NCBI GenBank assembly: GCA_049724395.1
Contig: JAUGWO010000095.1
Location: 1 to 64,000 of the forward strand
Length of the DNA stretch: 64,000 bases
Source: Spongospora subterranea f. sp. subterranea
Taxonomy: Eukaryota
Direction of reading: 5' to 3'
Made by a program: the position numbers and the translations under genes. The notes beneath the pieces are model-generated. The model did not search any database. It was not told the DNA's origin and saw only the letters and a program-made list of their open reading frames with translations. Below are positions 41,219-53,511 of this stretch, piece after piece. How positions within the stretch are numbered: the stretch's first letter is position 1; every line of letters starts with the position of its first letter.

Positions 41219-44000
41219 TCATCCTTCCTGAGCCGAAACAAGTGAACCAGCACTCAATTTGACGCCACTGGCGACGCAGCTGACGCTCCTAAGGTTCGTC
41301 CATCCTTCAACGGTAAGGAAGACCGGTGTTCCCATGATCAATTGTGCTGATGACAGAATCAGCATTATAATGCCCAGCCCAAGAGCGCAGTACGATAGTC
41401 GTCCGAGTAAACGATCCATTCCCTGTCGAAAGGTGCTCAAAATTTGGCTACTTTCATTAGACAACTTTCTGAACTCGATCTGAACCCGAATTGCCCCCCA
41501 TAGGAATGAGTTTCGATTGAGATTCTAGAATCAAGCATGTAGCCCCGTTTATCTGGTTGAAAACGGAATGGGCGCTGTAGTACGTGGCACAATATGAATC
41601 GGCCAATAAAATCTAAAGAGAATGTGAAGAAGCAAAGAATCACTGTAGATGTCTTGCCACAATAAAAAATTCTGGCACCAGTAAACATTGCTCATAGTTA
41701 GTAACCTTTACTATCTGTTCATGCCAAAAAGCCGATGATATAATCGTGACGACATTCTCCACACCACCATTTAGTGTTATTCCTAACATTCGCGGCTCCG
41801 CCGCAGTTTCCTGACAATAATGATCTCTTGCTGGTCATTCTTGTCAACTCTTTGCTTCGCCTGTATCAATACACACGTGATTATATCAGCGGATCTTGTT
41901 CGTCCCATAACAGTTTAACAAGAACTATCTTCCGGTTTATGCACCGTTATCAAGACCATCTTTCGACGGTTCCCGATCCACCCTGCGAAGTTTAATTAAT
42001 CAAATATCCATGGTCATCACCCGTAAACCCAGGACATACGCCACGGATTCCGACAAGGTGATGTTGGTTGGGGACCTTCTCACAGGAAACGCCTTGCTGT
42101 GGTTCCCACCAGTTTTTGAGCGGCGGGATCCGTTGCTCCATGATTTTGTCAGATTCATTGATGCGTTACGGGCACTGTTTGAGGATCCGAACAAAGCAGT
42201 TACAGCCGCTCGACGATTGAAGGCGCTGCGCCAAGGTCGCCGCCCAGTTGCTACGTATGCCAGCGAGTTTCAGCTGCTGGTCACCGGCGCAGGTTGGGAC
42301 GGCGCTGCGACACTACACCAGTTCCGAAAGGGCCTCAACGAGGATGTGAAAGATCTGCTGTTGACGTGCCCGGAGCCAGCCGACTTGCTCGCCCTAATCA
42401 TGACGGCCATCAGATGCGGCGATCGCCTATTTGAACGCGCCCACGAGCGCGATCGCCGCATCTGATGGTCGCCATGATTAGGGCGAGCAAGTCGGCTGGC
42501 TCCGGGCACGTCAACAGCAGATCTTTCACATCCTCGTTAAGGCCCTTTCGGAACTGGTGTAGTGTCGCAGCGCCGTCCCAACCTGCGCCGGTGACCAGCA
42601 GCTGAAACTCGCTGGCATACGTAGCAACTGGGCGGCGACCTTGGCGCAGCGCCTTCAATTGTAACGCGTTCGGGTTACCAACGCTATTCGTACGATAATA
42701 TGATGGTCGCCTACGATGTAAGGCAACAATAATGACTCGGATCGGCAAGATATCTTGCACAACCAATTGGTGATAAATCCGAGTGAGGTTTATTTAGGTA
42801 CAATACACCATGACAGGGTAAATGCGCGGGATGAGTAGGGCCCGCGCCACACTTCCCCCTTGCATCAGGAAATGATTCCCATCTCCTTCGCCAGCTCCGC
42901 AAACTTCACTGTTTTGTTCGGATCCTCAAACCGTGCCCGTAACGCATCAATGAATCTGACAAAATCATGGAGCAACGGATCCCGCCGCTCAAAAATTGGT
43001 GGGAACCACAGCAAGGCGTTTCCTGTGAGAAGGTCCCCAACCAACATCACCCGCCGCATCCGATGGCCGTCATGATTAGGCCGAGCAAGTCGGCTGGCTC
43101 CGGGCACCTCAACAGCAGATCTTTCACAATCTCGAATCTTGTTCGTCCCATAACATTTAGGGTGACAAAAAAACAGCATAGCTCGCGCATGGAGATTCGA
43201 ACTGGAGAGGAAGCCTCCAATACCGAGAACCGATCCCAACAATGCACAATGGAGCATTGCAATTATCAATGCTACTTAAGAATAACCCATTCGATTCCAT
43301 ATAAATCGCATAAACCGAGAGCGATCATGGATCCCCGACTGAGAGGCCCTCCAATTCCGAAAATCATTGCAGATGAAACCATAATACTGATGAATGAATA
43401 TGGCGACGGGGATCGATTCATTTTTAATGGCAAGAAGCCATCTGATAAATACCTGATAATTCCGGACGAGAATGCGGTCTCCCAGATACTATAATCGGGA
43501 AATTCAGAGACGGCGGTGCTGGGATCATCACGAACATCGTCGAGAAGTCCATTTGATTCCTGTAGACCCATAAAGGGAATATCTGATCGGTGGGCCAAAC
43601 ACCTGTAACAGGTGTCCCTAGATGCTGGGTGGCCAAGGAGAGAAAAATAAACAAGATTCAGACATTGAGATGAGCGAAATTTAAAGAGTATTCGTGACCT
43701 ATAATCGCTATTGCGACTTTCCTGATGAAGTTGTCATTAACCATTCTGAAAAACATGGTCCTCTTTTCTTGATCATGATTATGAATCCCCTGATATTGTC
43801 CTCAATAATTTGGTCCCTAATACAGGGATCATCTTCAAGCACCCGCAATTGACCCACTGTTGGGTTGATATGGTTCTCAAATTGTGTTTTAATAAACTTG
43901 GTGTATGAGGTGCTGTACAGGATGAGACCTGTTAACGAGCCGTTGAGCAAATATTAACTAATACTCCACAGACAAGCTGGAACAACAGGTTTCCCTTCAT
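41219..44000 (-). pseudogene. PA-7TM copy 6, decayed and interrupted by an LTR element
   Basis: 5' half 44000-43156 (NGSLTGLILYSTSYTKF, AHRSDIPFM) and 3' half 41774-41219 (RLSYCALGLG); multiple frameshifts. Confidence 0.85.
41775..43155 (+). mobile_element. Rearranged Ty3/Gypsy (Tf1/sushi-type gag) LTR retrotransposon remnant with 5-bp TSD
   Basis: Begins TGTTAT, ends ATAACA, flanked by TTTAG on both sides. LTR 41775-41912; its last 20 nt recur at 43136-43155. Gag ORF 42010-42465 (LLTGNALLWF, LRQGRRPVATYASEF, QFRKGLNEDVKD). Confidence 0.9.
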
Positions 44001-45309
44001 AGTTGCCTTAAGTGCCCGCCATATCGAGGATCCCACTACAAAATTATTCAGAGACCGTCCCGTTATCCTGTGTACTCTGGTAAACATCTACCAGATGAAG
44101 GGATGCAGTATAAACTCGATATTTTTCATTGTTTTTCTACCATGAAATATGCACAGAATCAAGGAAGTCATGATCATTCATAATAATACAGTCTTTCTGC
44201 TCCAGAATACCATCATTCTGCTTGTCATGTTCACAATTCTAATACTTCTGGTGTTCGGCTAATGACTGATGAAGTTGTCTCAAAGAGCACCGTTTACTTT
44301 GCGCCACATCATGTATCCTAATGATGATCAGAGTCACTAGATAATGGCGTCATAATGTTGTTACCCCCCCCCCCCCCCCCGCTCCCCCCCTGAAGGTATT
44401 ACAAGACTATGGCTCTCATGAGGAATAACGTTAAAGCATGCACCAGCGTGGTAACACTAAGACGACAGAATGACATTCAATGGAGTCAATGATCCATTCG
44501 TTGCCAAAATTCAGTGAAACCTGGCGTACCGCAGCGTACAGCATTCCCACCTGCCAACATTATTCATTCTGAAACAACATTGCGCTCGCGGGAACTGAAT
44601 TTTGCCGGTCTATGCTTGAATGCAGTACGCAACGTGATTTGAATATTCATGGAGGGAAACTTCGTAACTCGTCCCGTAAAAAGAAGAGTTTACCTTTTAT
44701 TGAGAAAATAACGCGATTTGAAAGTGTTATTGTACATGCTCTACACGTCACCCCGATATATTGTGGTCGCTAGAGAGCGTTTGAGATTTTGCAAATTCAA
44801 TGCTTCAACAAGTAGATGATATATTAGACCTAACTCCACGCCAACGTTTTGTTTTCGAAGGCGAAAAACGAATTCTTGGGGCGGAGCTGAGAAGTATTCT
44901 TCAACAACGGTGTTTTGAGAGTAAAACAGTATCAAACCAATACCATAATATACGCTCTATGGAAAGATCCTACCGCGATGGATCGACACATAAAAGTGCT
45001 AATGAAGTAAGGGATCAATGAACATTCGGAGTTGACTCGAATTCGGACAAGATTTGGTTGGCAAGCGGGTATAGAACAACAATCAGGCTTGGATTGCTGT
45101 AGGGGTGACACGGTGTCCATTGACGAGTTGCGACAGTTAAGCACATCCAAAACATCCAACAGAAATTCAAAAGATCAGTCGACCTTTGTTGTATATTATG
45201 AAGATATTCAAAGCGACTCAGCAGAATTCTACAAAGTAAATCAAAGATGCCAGCATTGAACATGAATTTAGAGTCTTTTTTACCCTTTAACTTGTTCAAA
45301 GTTACTGTT

Positions 45310-46784
45310 TTAGAAGTTTGTTTGCTCTGGATGGATATGCACTTGATCATCATTCCTTGGCCGGAACAAGTGAACCAACAGCGTCAATTTGCAGCTACTG
45401 GTGACGCAAGTGGTGCTCCAAAGAATCGTCCATCCTTCAACAGTATAGAATGCTGGTGTTGACATGATCACTAATGCTGCTGACTGAAGCAGCATTGTAA
45501 TGCCCAGCCCAAGAGCGCAGTACGACAATCTTGTGAGTAAACGATCCATTCCCTGGCGAGATGAGTTGCAAGTTCGGCTCAACTTGCTGGTCAACTTTCT
45601 GTATTCACTCTGAAACAGAATTGCCCCCCATAAGAAATGACTTCCGAGGGTGACTTCTAGAGTCAAGAACAGGGCCCCGTTGACTTGGTTGAAAATGGGA
45701 TAGACGTACTCGAAATACGTGGCATATAATGAAGAGGCGCCTAAATCTAAACACAAAACAAAGAAGCAGAGAAGAACTATAGATTTGCGACTGTTTCCAG
45801 GAAAGATTTTGATCAACAGTGGACAATACTGAATGTTAATGACTTCTGCCACTTTCCCATTCCAAAAAGCGGACGATAAAATTGTGACAACGTACTCCAT
45901 ACCACCATTTTGGGTCGCAAAAAAAAGAAAAACTCTCGCCGGGAGATTTGAGGTGGAGAATAACCCTCCTATACCAAGAGTCGATCCCACCAATAAACAA
46001 TGGAACAACGCAATTATCAATGCTAGTTGAGGATAACCCGTTCGACTCCACAGAAACCGCATAAACCGGGAACGATCATTGTTCTGCGACAGAGGAGTAT
46101 TGCGAAAATCATTGCAGATCAAACCGTAATGCTGATGAATGAATATGGCGGCGGTGACCGATGCTTGACAAAATATAATGGCAGGAAGCCATCTGATAAG
46201 TAGCTGATAATGCCAAGACGAGAATGCGGTCTCCCAGATATTGTAATCGGGAAATAGAGAAATGGTGGTGCTGGGATCATCACGAACAGCGTTGACCAGT
46301 TCATCTGATTCCTGTAGAACCATAAAAGGAATATCTGATCGGTGGGCCAAACAACTGGCACAGGTGTCCCTGAAGTTTTCTGTGATGCTGGGTGTCCAAG
46401 GAGAGAAAACTAAACAACACTCAGAAACAGAGAAAAGAGCCAATAAAGCAAGTAACAGTGACCTATAGTTGCCTTTGCGCCTTTCCTGACGAAGTTGTCA
46501 TTGACCATCTCTGCAGAACATGGTCCCCATTTTTCGACCATGATAATGAAGCCCCTGACGTGGTCCGTGATGATTTGGTCCGTATCACAGGGATCATTTT
46601 CAAACACACGTAATTGACCCACTATTGGGTTGCTGTGATCCTCAAATTGTGTCCCAATAAACTTGGTGTATGAAGTGCTGTACAGGCTGAGTCCTGTTAA
46701 AGAACCGTTGATAAAGGTGACACCAGCTAAGCAACTACCAATCAAAGCAACAGAAGCAATCAGCAAAACCAGTGCTTTTCTCAT
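45310..46784 (-). CDS. PA-7TM copy 7 (intact, ~473 aa)
   Basis: ATG 46784 MRKALVLLIASVALIGSCLAG; exon 1 to 46463, 53-nt intron 46462-46410, exon 2 46409-45310; 1422 nt in frame. Confidence 0.88.
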
Positions 46785-47788
46785 ATTGACAGTATGAATT
46801 ACTCTTCTTGCCTTAATCATGAGATCAATTGGGACCTTCCTAGGGTATTGATCATATCCCAAGTTCTGACAAATCGTGTTTAAGTGTGTTCCTTTGTCAT
46901 GTAAATTTTTTTGGCTTCATTGGCCGTGATATAACTGTCGAAATTTTGAAGAATCACAGTTTAGTTATCACGGTGCATTCCGACAATTTTCTGCGTTGAC
47001 GTGGGCAGGGGCTGACATTTTCTTGCAACGGTTAAACATGCTGAATTCGGCCAAATTTAGTGGAAGCTCTTCACAAGAGATTCCAGATGCATGTTGGCAG
47101 ACTGAAGGCTAGGAAAAAGTCTAATCTGCACTGAGTTTATTGAATGTTCTGTTCTCAAAGCCTGAGCGAGGTGTTAACCGCAACATAGTTTGCAACATAT
47201 CGAAGTGTGCGGAAGCGTCTTCTGTCCACGCGTGGGTAAAAGAGCGATGGTACCCGTTGATTGTTGAAAACTCCCGATTTGAGCTCAATCGAGAGCAGAT
47301 GGCTCTGAACCCACAATAGATGAATAAACATCCATCGATACGATATTCTGAAGTTCAAAATTGCTAAATTGAGTAATCCTTCGGTTTGTCATCATTGGAC
47401 ATCAAACTGAACCTAGTTCGGTGAACAGCGAGAAACTCGCTCGGAAAGCTGCTGTATGCTTCCTGTATATGTATACTACTGTCCAGCAACGGTTAGCTCG
47501 TTTGAAAACTGTAAATTAAGAGAGTTTGAAAATGTTGTATCAATTGGAAACACCGTTGCGAAACCCTGCTTCAACAATACCACTCTGCGTTGGGCGCCTG
47601 TCATAGTCTACGCTATCCGGACGCTGTAAAGAACAACAGTTCGCGTAACGGCATCATTAGTGTCAGAGTTGTGTAACCTGAAATCCAAACGCGACAACGG
47701 TCTGCGTAATGCCTTCAGCACGTCGCCGCATCAAATGACCAATCAAACACCGTGGTGAATCAGGTTGCATATTTGGCGTCGCGATCCG

Positions 47789-50700
47789 ATGTCCTCTGGT
47801 GCTGGATTGTCCGATGAGGGCTCATCCGACAGCGGTCCCGTTTACATTCCTCTTAAACTTCGGAGAGCACGTGAAGCCGCATTATTATCAGGGCACATTG
47901 GCGCTAAGCAGATTCGAAAAACCGTTGCCGCCCAAGCCGAAACGGTTGCTCCATTGAGCCGGTTTTGTGAGGCCGCTCCACCGGAACGCGCGACGAGGTT
48001 GGTTATATACGATAAATTGATTCATAATTTACCTTATATTTAGCGTATTCTGGACTCTTTTCATGGACGAGATTCTCGAATTCTTGAAAGGATTATTGTC
48101 AATACATCAGTGTGTTAATATTTTTTCTGCAATTTGCGTCCTAGTTTTTAACCTGTCGTGCGCTTTTTGTTTGGATAATTCACCGGTGACATTATTTATT
48201 TTAGGTCTCTTGTAGAAGTAACTCATGACATAACTCGCAATGATAACGATGGTGTTGCGCGTGAAGAGATACGGAAGAAGGAACAAGAAGATTTTCTCAC
48301 ACAAAATCTCATTGTTGACCGAGGTATGTTTGATGAGAAACATATATCCTCATTCAACCTAGTTTTCCGAGTTCAGTGGAAATGTGCTAAATATCTTATA
48401 GGGCCGTTATTATCGGCAGTAGAGCGCGCCACGGGATCGGCAATGAAGCAGCGTTTGAAAGCACTTTGGTCCCCTCCCAGATACATCCTTGACATGTCCT
48501 GCGAGGATCTTGAACAAACTCGTGCTAGCAATCGGATCATTGTTGAAGGCGATGATGTTTGTAATCCAATCACTTCTTTTCGACAAATGAGTATGTATCT
48601 ATCGGCTGTTTTACTCTTGCGATTGTATTTCGAGGGTTCTACTTTTTGCTAGTTCAATATTTCTCATGTTTGCTGATTCTCTTTGGTAACGTTGTCAACA
48701 CTTGCAGAGTTTCCCCCGGCTTTGTTGCAAGCTTTGTCAGCAAAGAACGTTACTGTTCCCACACCGATCCAGATGCAGGGATTACCTATAGTGTTATGCC
48801 GGCGAGATCTTATTGGCATAGCCAGCACCGGATCAGGTATATAGTTGAACTTCTAAATTGCTCTTTCAAATTTGGTTCTGATGTTAATTTTTTACTTCGC
48901 CCATAACACTGGAATATTTTTTTTTCATCAGTTCTTTTATCTTGGCGACCGATCCTTCTGCATCAGTAACGGCATCTTCTATTCAGGAAAAACCTTAACT
49001 TTTGTTTTGCCGATGGTTATGGCCGCTTTAGAGGCAGAATTACGTATGCCTTTGATTTCTGGCGAAGGCCCCATTGGATTAGGTGAGGATACTGTTTCAA
49101 ACTCGTGGTAATTATTAATTTTTACAGTGGTTTGCCCATCACGAGAACTGGCAGAACAAACTTTCCAGATTGTGTCTGAGTTCCTCGCCGTTTTGAGCAG
49201 GGCTCGTCGTGTGACTCTGAATGCGTTATTGGCAATCGGTGGTATCGATATGAGGGATCAGATGGATCCGAGGAGAAATCCGATTCACATCGTAGTCGCC
49301 ACTCCTGGTATGAAGCTTTTTCTTGTTTGAAATGCTTGAATCACTTTTTAGTTTAGTGCCCTACTCTTATAACTTATTACACTCGCTTTTCATGACGTTT
49401 TTCTGTAACGGCGGTCGTTACTCTTTAAATGTGCAAATGTATGAACGACTGCGGTGCTCGTGCTAATTTTTTTCAATTGCAGGCAGATTGCTTGATATGT
49501 TGGCGAAGTCTAAATTGAACTTGATTTCATGCACTTTCCTCACGCTGGATGAGGCCGACCGAATGGTCGATCTTGGATTTGACGAGGACGTTAGAGCCTT
49601 GTTTGGCTTTTTCCGTGGCCCGCGGCAAACGGTACTGCGTCATCATTCATCATCGCATTTTTAATTTGTTGTTACATTTCTAAAACATCAATCTCAGGTA
49701 ATGTTTTCGGCGACAATGCCCACAAAAATCAAGCAGTTTGCAGCGACATCATTGGTATGTCCATGGTTCTTCGATTTCTTTTCTCTGCGTGTCTTTTCGA
49801 CTTAGACACAGAACAACAACTTATAATTGTTTCATTTGCAAATAGATTTTTTTGTAACGTGGTTCTATAGGTAGATCCAATCATTGTTAATGTAGGGCGT
49901 GCAGGCGCCGCCAATCTTGACGTCGTTCAACATGTAGAGTATGTCAAAGAAGAAAGCCGGTATATTTTCCGATGCTCTGCTTTAACCGTTGCGTCATTGG
50001 ACCCATTACATGTTTTGTGAAGAATTGTATACTTGCTGGAATGTCTACAAAAGACCGCGCCTCCCGTTCTTATTTTTTGCTCCAATGTGTCTGACGTTGA
50101 TGATATTGAGGTAACATCGTTCATAACTCCCATGAAATGCTTTGGTATCATTCAAATTGAAGTTTTACCTATCCATATTTATCATTACCTTGTCTGATTC
50201 AACATTGCTTTTTTTGCTTTTATAGCATGCCTGTCTTTTTGTCGATAGTGTTTAGTTTATTGAAAAATCTTGTTCTCAATATTCTTTGTAGGTATATTTG
50301 CTGATTAAAGGTGTGGAGGCCGTCTCAATTCACGGCGGTAAATCTCAAGATGAACGTCAGGTCACTCTTATTTCGTGTCTAAGTGTCTTGTTCAATCAAT
50401 ATTTTTTATTATTGCTATGAAATTGATCCATTTTACTAGACTTCAATCACTGGTTTTCGCAATTCACCCCTAAAACTCAATCTATTGTTCGCGGGTAGGC
50501 CGCCATCAAATCATTCAAATCAGGATCGAAGGATGTTCTCGTTGCGACTGATATCGCATCCAAAGGCCTCGATTTTCCTGATATTCAGCACGTGATTAAT
50601 TTTGATATGCCTAAAGAAATCGAAGACTACGTTCACAGGTATTTTTTGGCATCACTGGTTTGTTGCCGAAGCTTTAGCGAGGATGTTTTCTCAGAATCGG

Positions 50701-51166
50701 TCGGACGGGTCGGAGAGGAAAGACGGGGTTAGCGACAACCTTTATCAACCGCAGCTGCAATGAAACAACGCTTCTGGATCTGAAGCATCTGTTGATGGAG
50801 GCCAAGCAGCACGTTCCTCCTGTCCTGATGACGTTGCAGGATGGCGCATCTGCCGACGGCGGATGTGCCTATTGTGGTGGTTTAGGTGAGAGCAGTTTTT
50901 TTTTCGCGTTGTTGACATTTACTCCGTCAAGTTCTTACCTTTGTCATTCAAACTAGTCTTTGTTATATTATTTTTGTAAACAAATTCTCTAATACTTTCT
51001 ACGATTGTCTTTCCTCATCGCACACTGGTTTTGCGACAGCTTTTTCAATTAAAACGGTCATTCAGGTCATCGTGTCACCGATTGTCCTAAATATATGTCT
51101 CATTCCAAAGAAAAAATGAAAGCTTCTATGGGAGCTCGTGGAGACGGTCTATCAACAGGATATTGA
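47789..51166 (+). CDS. DDX41: DEAD-box RNA helicase DDX41/Abstrakt, many introns
   Basis: [106 protein letters not shown], and the C-terminal [15 protein letters not shown] knuckle. Confidence 0.95.
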
Positions 51167-51542
51167 CCCTGGATCATTTCATCTATTCTTTTCACTTTCT
51201 TTGTAGAATATCCTTTCACCACGACAGATTACAAGCAGATTATTAAATTATTAATTGAAATCCTACCTCGCACCATCCTGCATCATGCTACTTGTCGTCC
51301 CCTAATAATCGATGCGATAGCTTTGCAGTTCTTCTTATAGAGCTACAAGTTTCCAGGTACATTTACAAAGCCCATTACTGGCTGACAGAACTTTGCTCCT
51401 TCACCAAACACCCGTACAGTACCTTGAATTGATTGCAAAAAATCCAATATTTTTACCCTTCGAAAAGTCACGGAATCCGTGACGGAACATCGTAAACTCC
51501 GGATGTTGTTTTCATGAACAATTCTGATGCACTAAGCCTTCC

Positions 51543-52201
51543 ATGGGTAAACCCGATGCTCACCCTCCAAAATCTATGGCCCGGGTGGTCAACAAACCCC
51601 AGCACTCCACATCCAGACCCAGAGCGAAGATTGTCGGCAATGATATTGACTCGATTTTTGCTGAGATGAGAGTCGTCAAACCAATGTCGATCGAACCCGT
51701 CGTCTGTCATTCAGAACATAAACCCGTTGTTAGTATGGCGTTTTGTTTTTCATACAGCAGCAGTCCATCAAAATTATTCTCTCGATTGTGAGAGAAGAAC
51801 TGAGTTTCTAAATCGTTTGTTATTTGAGAAAACTGATTTATTGCTCACCGGTGAAGCGCTTGTTTTCAACTCGATTTGTGATCTTTAGCAAGCTGCATGC
51901 TGTTGAGTCCTGATTTTCTTCTTGTCGTCTGCGTTTATATCAGTTTTTTTGTAAGAGAAATAATTTTGACGGGTTATGCTAGATGAGGGCCAGGCAAAGG
52001 GCGCCAGCCATCGATGATATGGGTTTTACTCGGGATTGCGGGAATCAGGAAGCTGGTGCGCATTACTTGGAAGGCAGCGATGATGATCGCCCATCAACGA
52101 GCACATTTGACGGCCTGAAGGTCTATACAGTTAATCAGCTGCGGCTAGGCCGAGGGAAAGGCACCGAATTGTGCCCATTTGATTGCGACTGCTGCTTCTG
52201 A
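51543..52201 (+). CDS. DUF1764-family small eukaryotic protein (two exons)
   Basis: IDSIFA in exon 1; C-terminus DGLKVYTVNQLRLGRGKGTELCPFDCDCCF-stop is the family signature. Intron about 51730-51982. Confidence 0.85.
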
Positions 52202-52211
52202 AATTATACTA

Positions 52212-53094
52212 CAGTAAAAACTTCTATTAAGACTATTTGTGTTCGAAAGTTGTCAAAGGATATCGGCCACGGCCCATCAGCAAATGCACTTGGGTCTTGA
52301 AGCCAACTCTGGAAGGCACCGGCCCAAGTCACCCCTGGACATGAGGTAACCACGCCACACGAAGACATGATCACCATGGTCCATGAATACACTCTCAGTC
52401 TCTTGATCTAATGGCGTCGATAGGCGTCTGAAGTGGTTAGGGGAAGACTTCACCGAAGTACTTGTGCAACATCGATTGGGTCAACGACTGTGAAGCATCG
52501 TCAGTACAGGAGGCTTTTGAACACGAAGAAATTCCGCTGCTAGTGCGAGTGTTGATGGCGAATGATGTGACGTCAGAGGTTGACAGTGTCCTTCTAATAG
52601 CGGTGCTGATTTCGGATGATGCAGCCTCTGGAGCAGTACTATTGCGTAAAGATACCGTAGCAGATATCATCCCTTTCTTTAATTGCATAAACTCATCATT
52701 GCTGATGGTGCCGTCAGTGCGGAGGTCTCTTAGCTCCTTCAGCTGATCCAAGAAAGACGCCATCCATTAGAGCATCCCCACCCGTCGCGCTAAACTAATG
52801 AAAATCCGTGAAATGTCCAGAAATTTTTTGTTTTTTGCTCCCCACAGGTCCACGCTGAAAAATAGCGTCGACGCTAGAAATGCAACTTTGTTCGTCTTGA
52901 CAGGACCTTCGGCCGATTTCAGATTCAAACCATGTACTACTAGATAGTGAAGAGGTGCCGTACAGTCATGGAATTGTCGGTTTAAGGTGATCGCTACTGT
53001 AGTATTGATTAAAATTCTTTTTACTACGACGATTTTGGCTTTCGAACTTGGGTTTTGACCGTAGTACAAATAGTCTTAATAGAAGTTTTTACTG
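52212..53094. mobile_element. Non-autonomous Tc1/mariner-pogo-type TIR element (883 bp)
   Basis: Perfect 29-bp TIR cagtaaaaacttctattaagactatttgt at 52212-52240 and 53066-53094, with TA on both sides. Confidence 0.9.
52437..52763 (-). CDS. SHOCT-like domain ORF inside the TIR element (probably truncated)
   Basis: MASFLDQLKELRDLRTDGTISNDEFMQLKKGMI fits the SHOCT pattern L..L..L...G.IS.EEF...K. Confidence 0.55.
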   Translation of the reverse strand: MASFLDQLKELRDLRTDGTISNDEFMQLKKGMISATVSLRNSTAPEAASSEISTAIRRTLSTSDVTSFAINTRTSSGISSCSKASCTDDASQSLTQSMLHKYFGEVFP

Positions 53095-53511
53095 TATTGT
53101 GTACAAAAATTGCCTCTGGATCGACGATTATATGCGGCATTTGGACATCGGCGTGAGATGTATAGGTTCAGACGCCGATCCGTTGTCTGATTGTTGCCTC
53201 TTTTTGGCGAAATTTTAATCTTTGTTTTTTCCACAAGGAAAGGTTTCCTTTTTCCGTATCACTATCTGATACCCATACTTTAAAGTACTTGGCCCTGCCA
53301 TGTCAATCACTTACCTTGTCAGCGTCAGGCAGATTCAACTTTGCGGAATCTAGAGGGTATCGTGCGATGTTAAAAGGTGAAATTCGGTACATACAGCACC
53401 GATCGACGATGTCCTGGACCAAAAAATCTTCATATGCAGATTGGATCATGTTCAAACAAGAAAACAGCTCAATTACAAGAAAATACGTTAATATATTTAC
53501 TAGACGTAGTA

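Noticed and set aside
44364..44390. Poly-C run (also poly-G at ~18736-18747)
   Set aside because: Simple homopolymers, possibly sequencing or assembly artefacts, with no supportable function.
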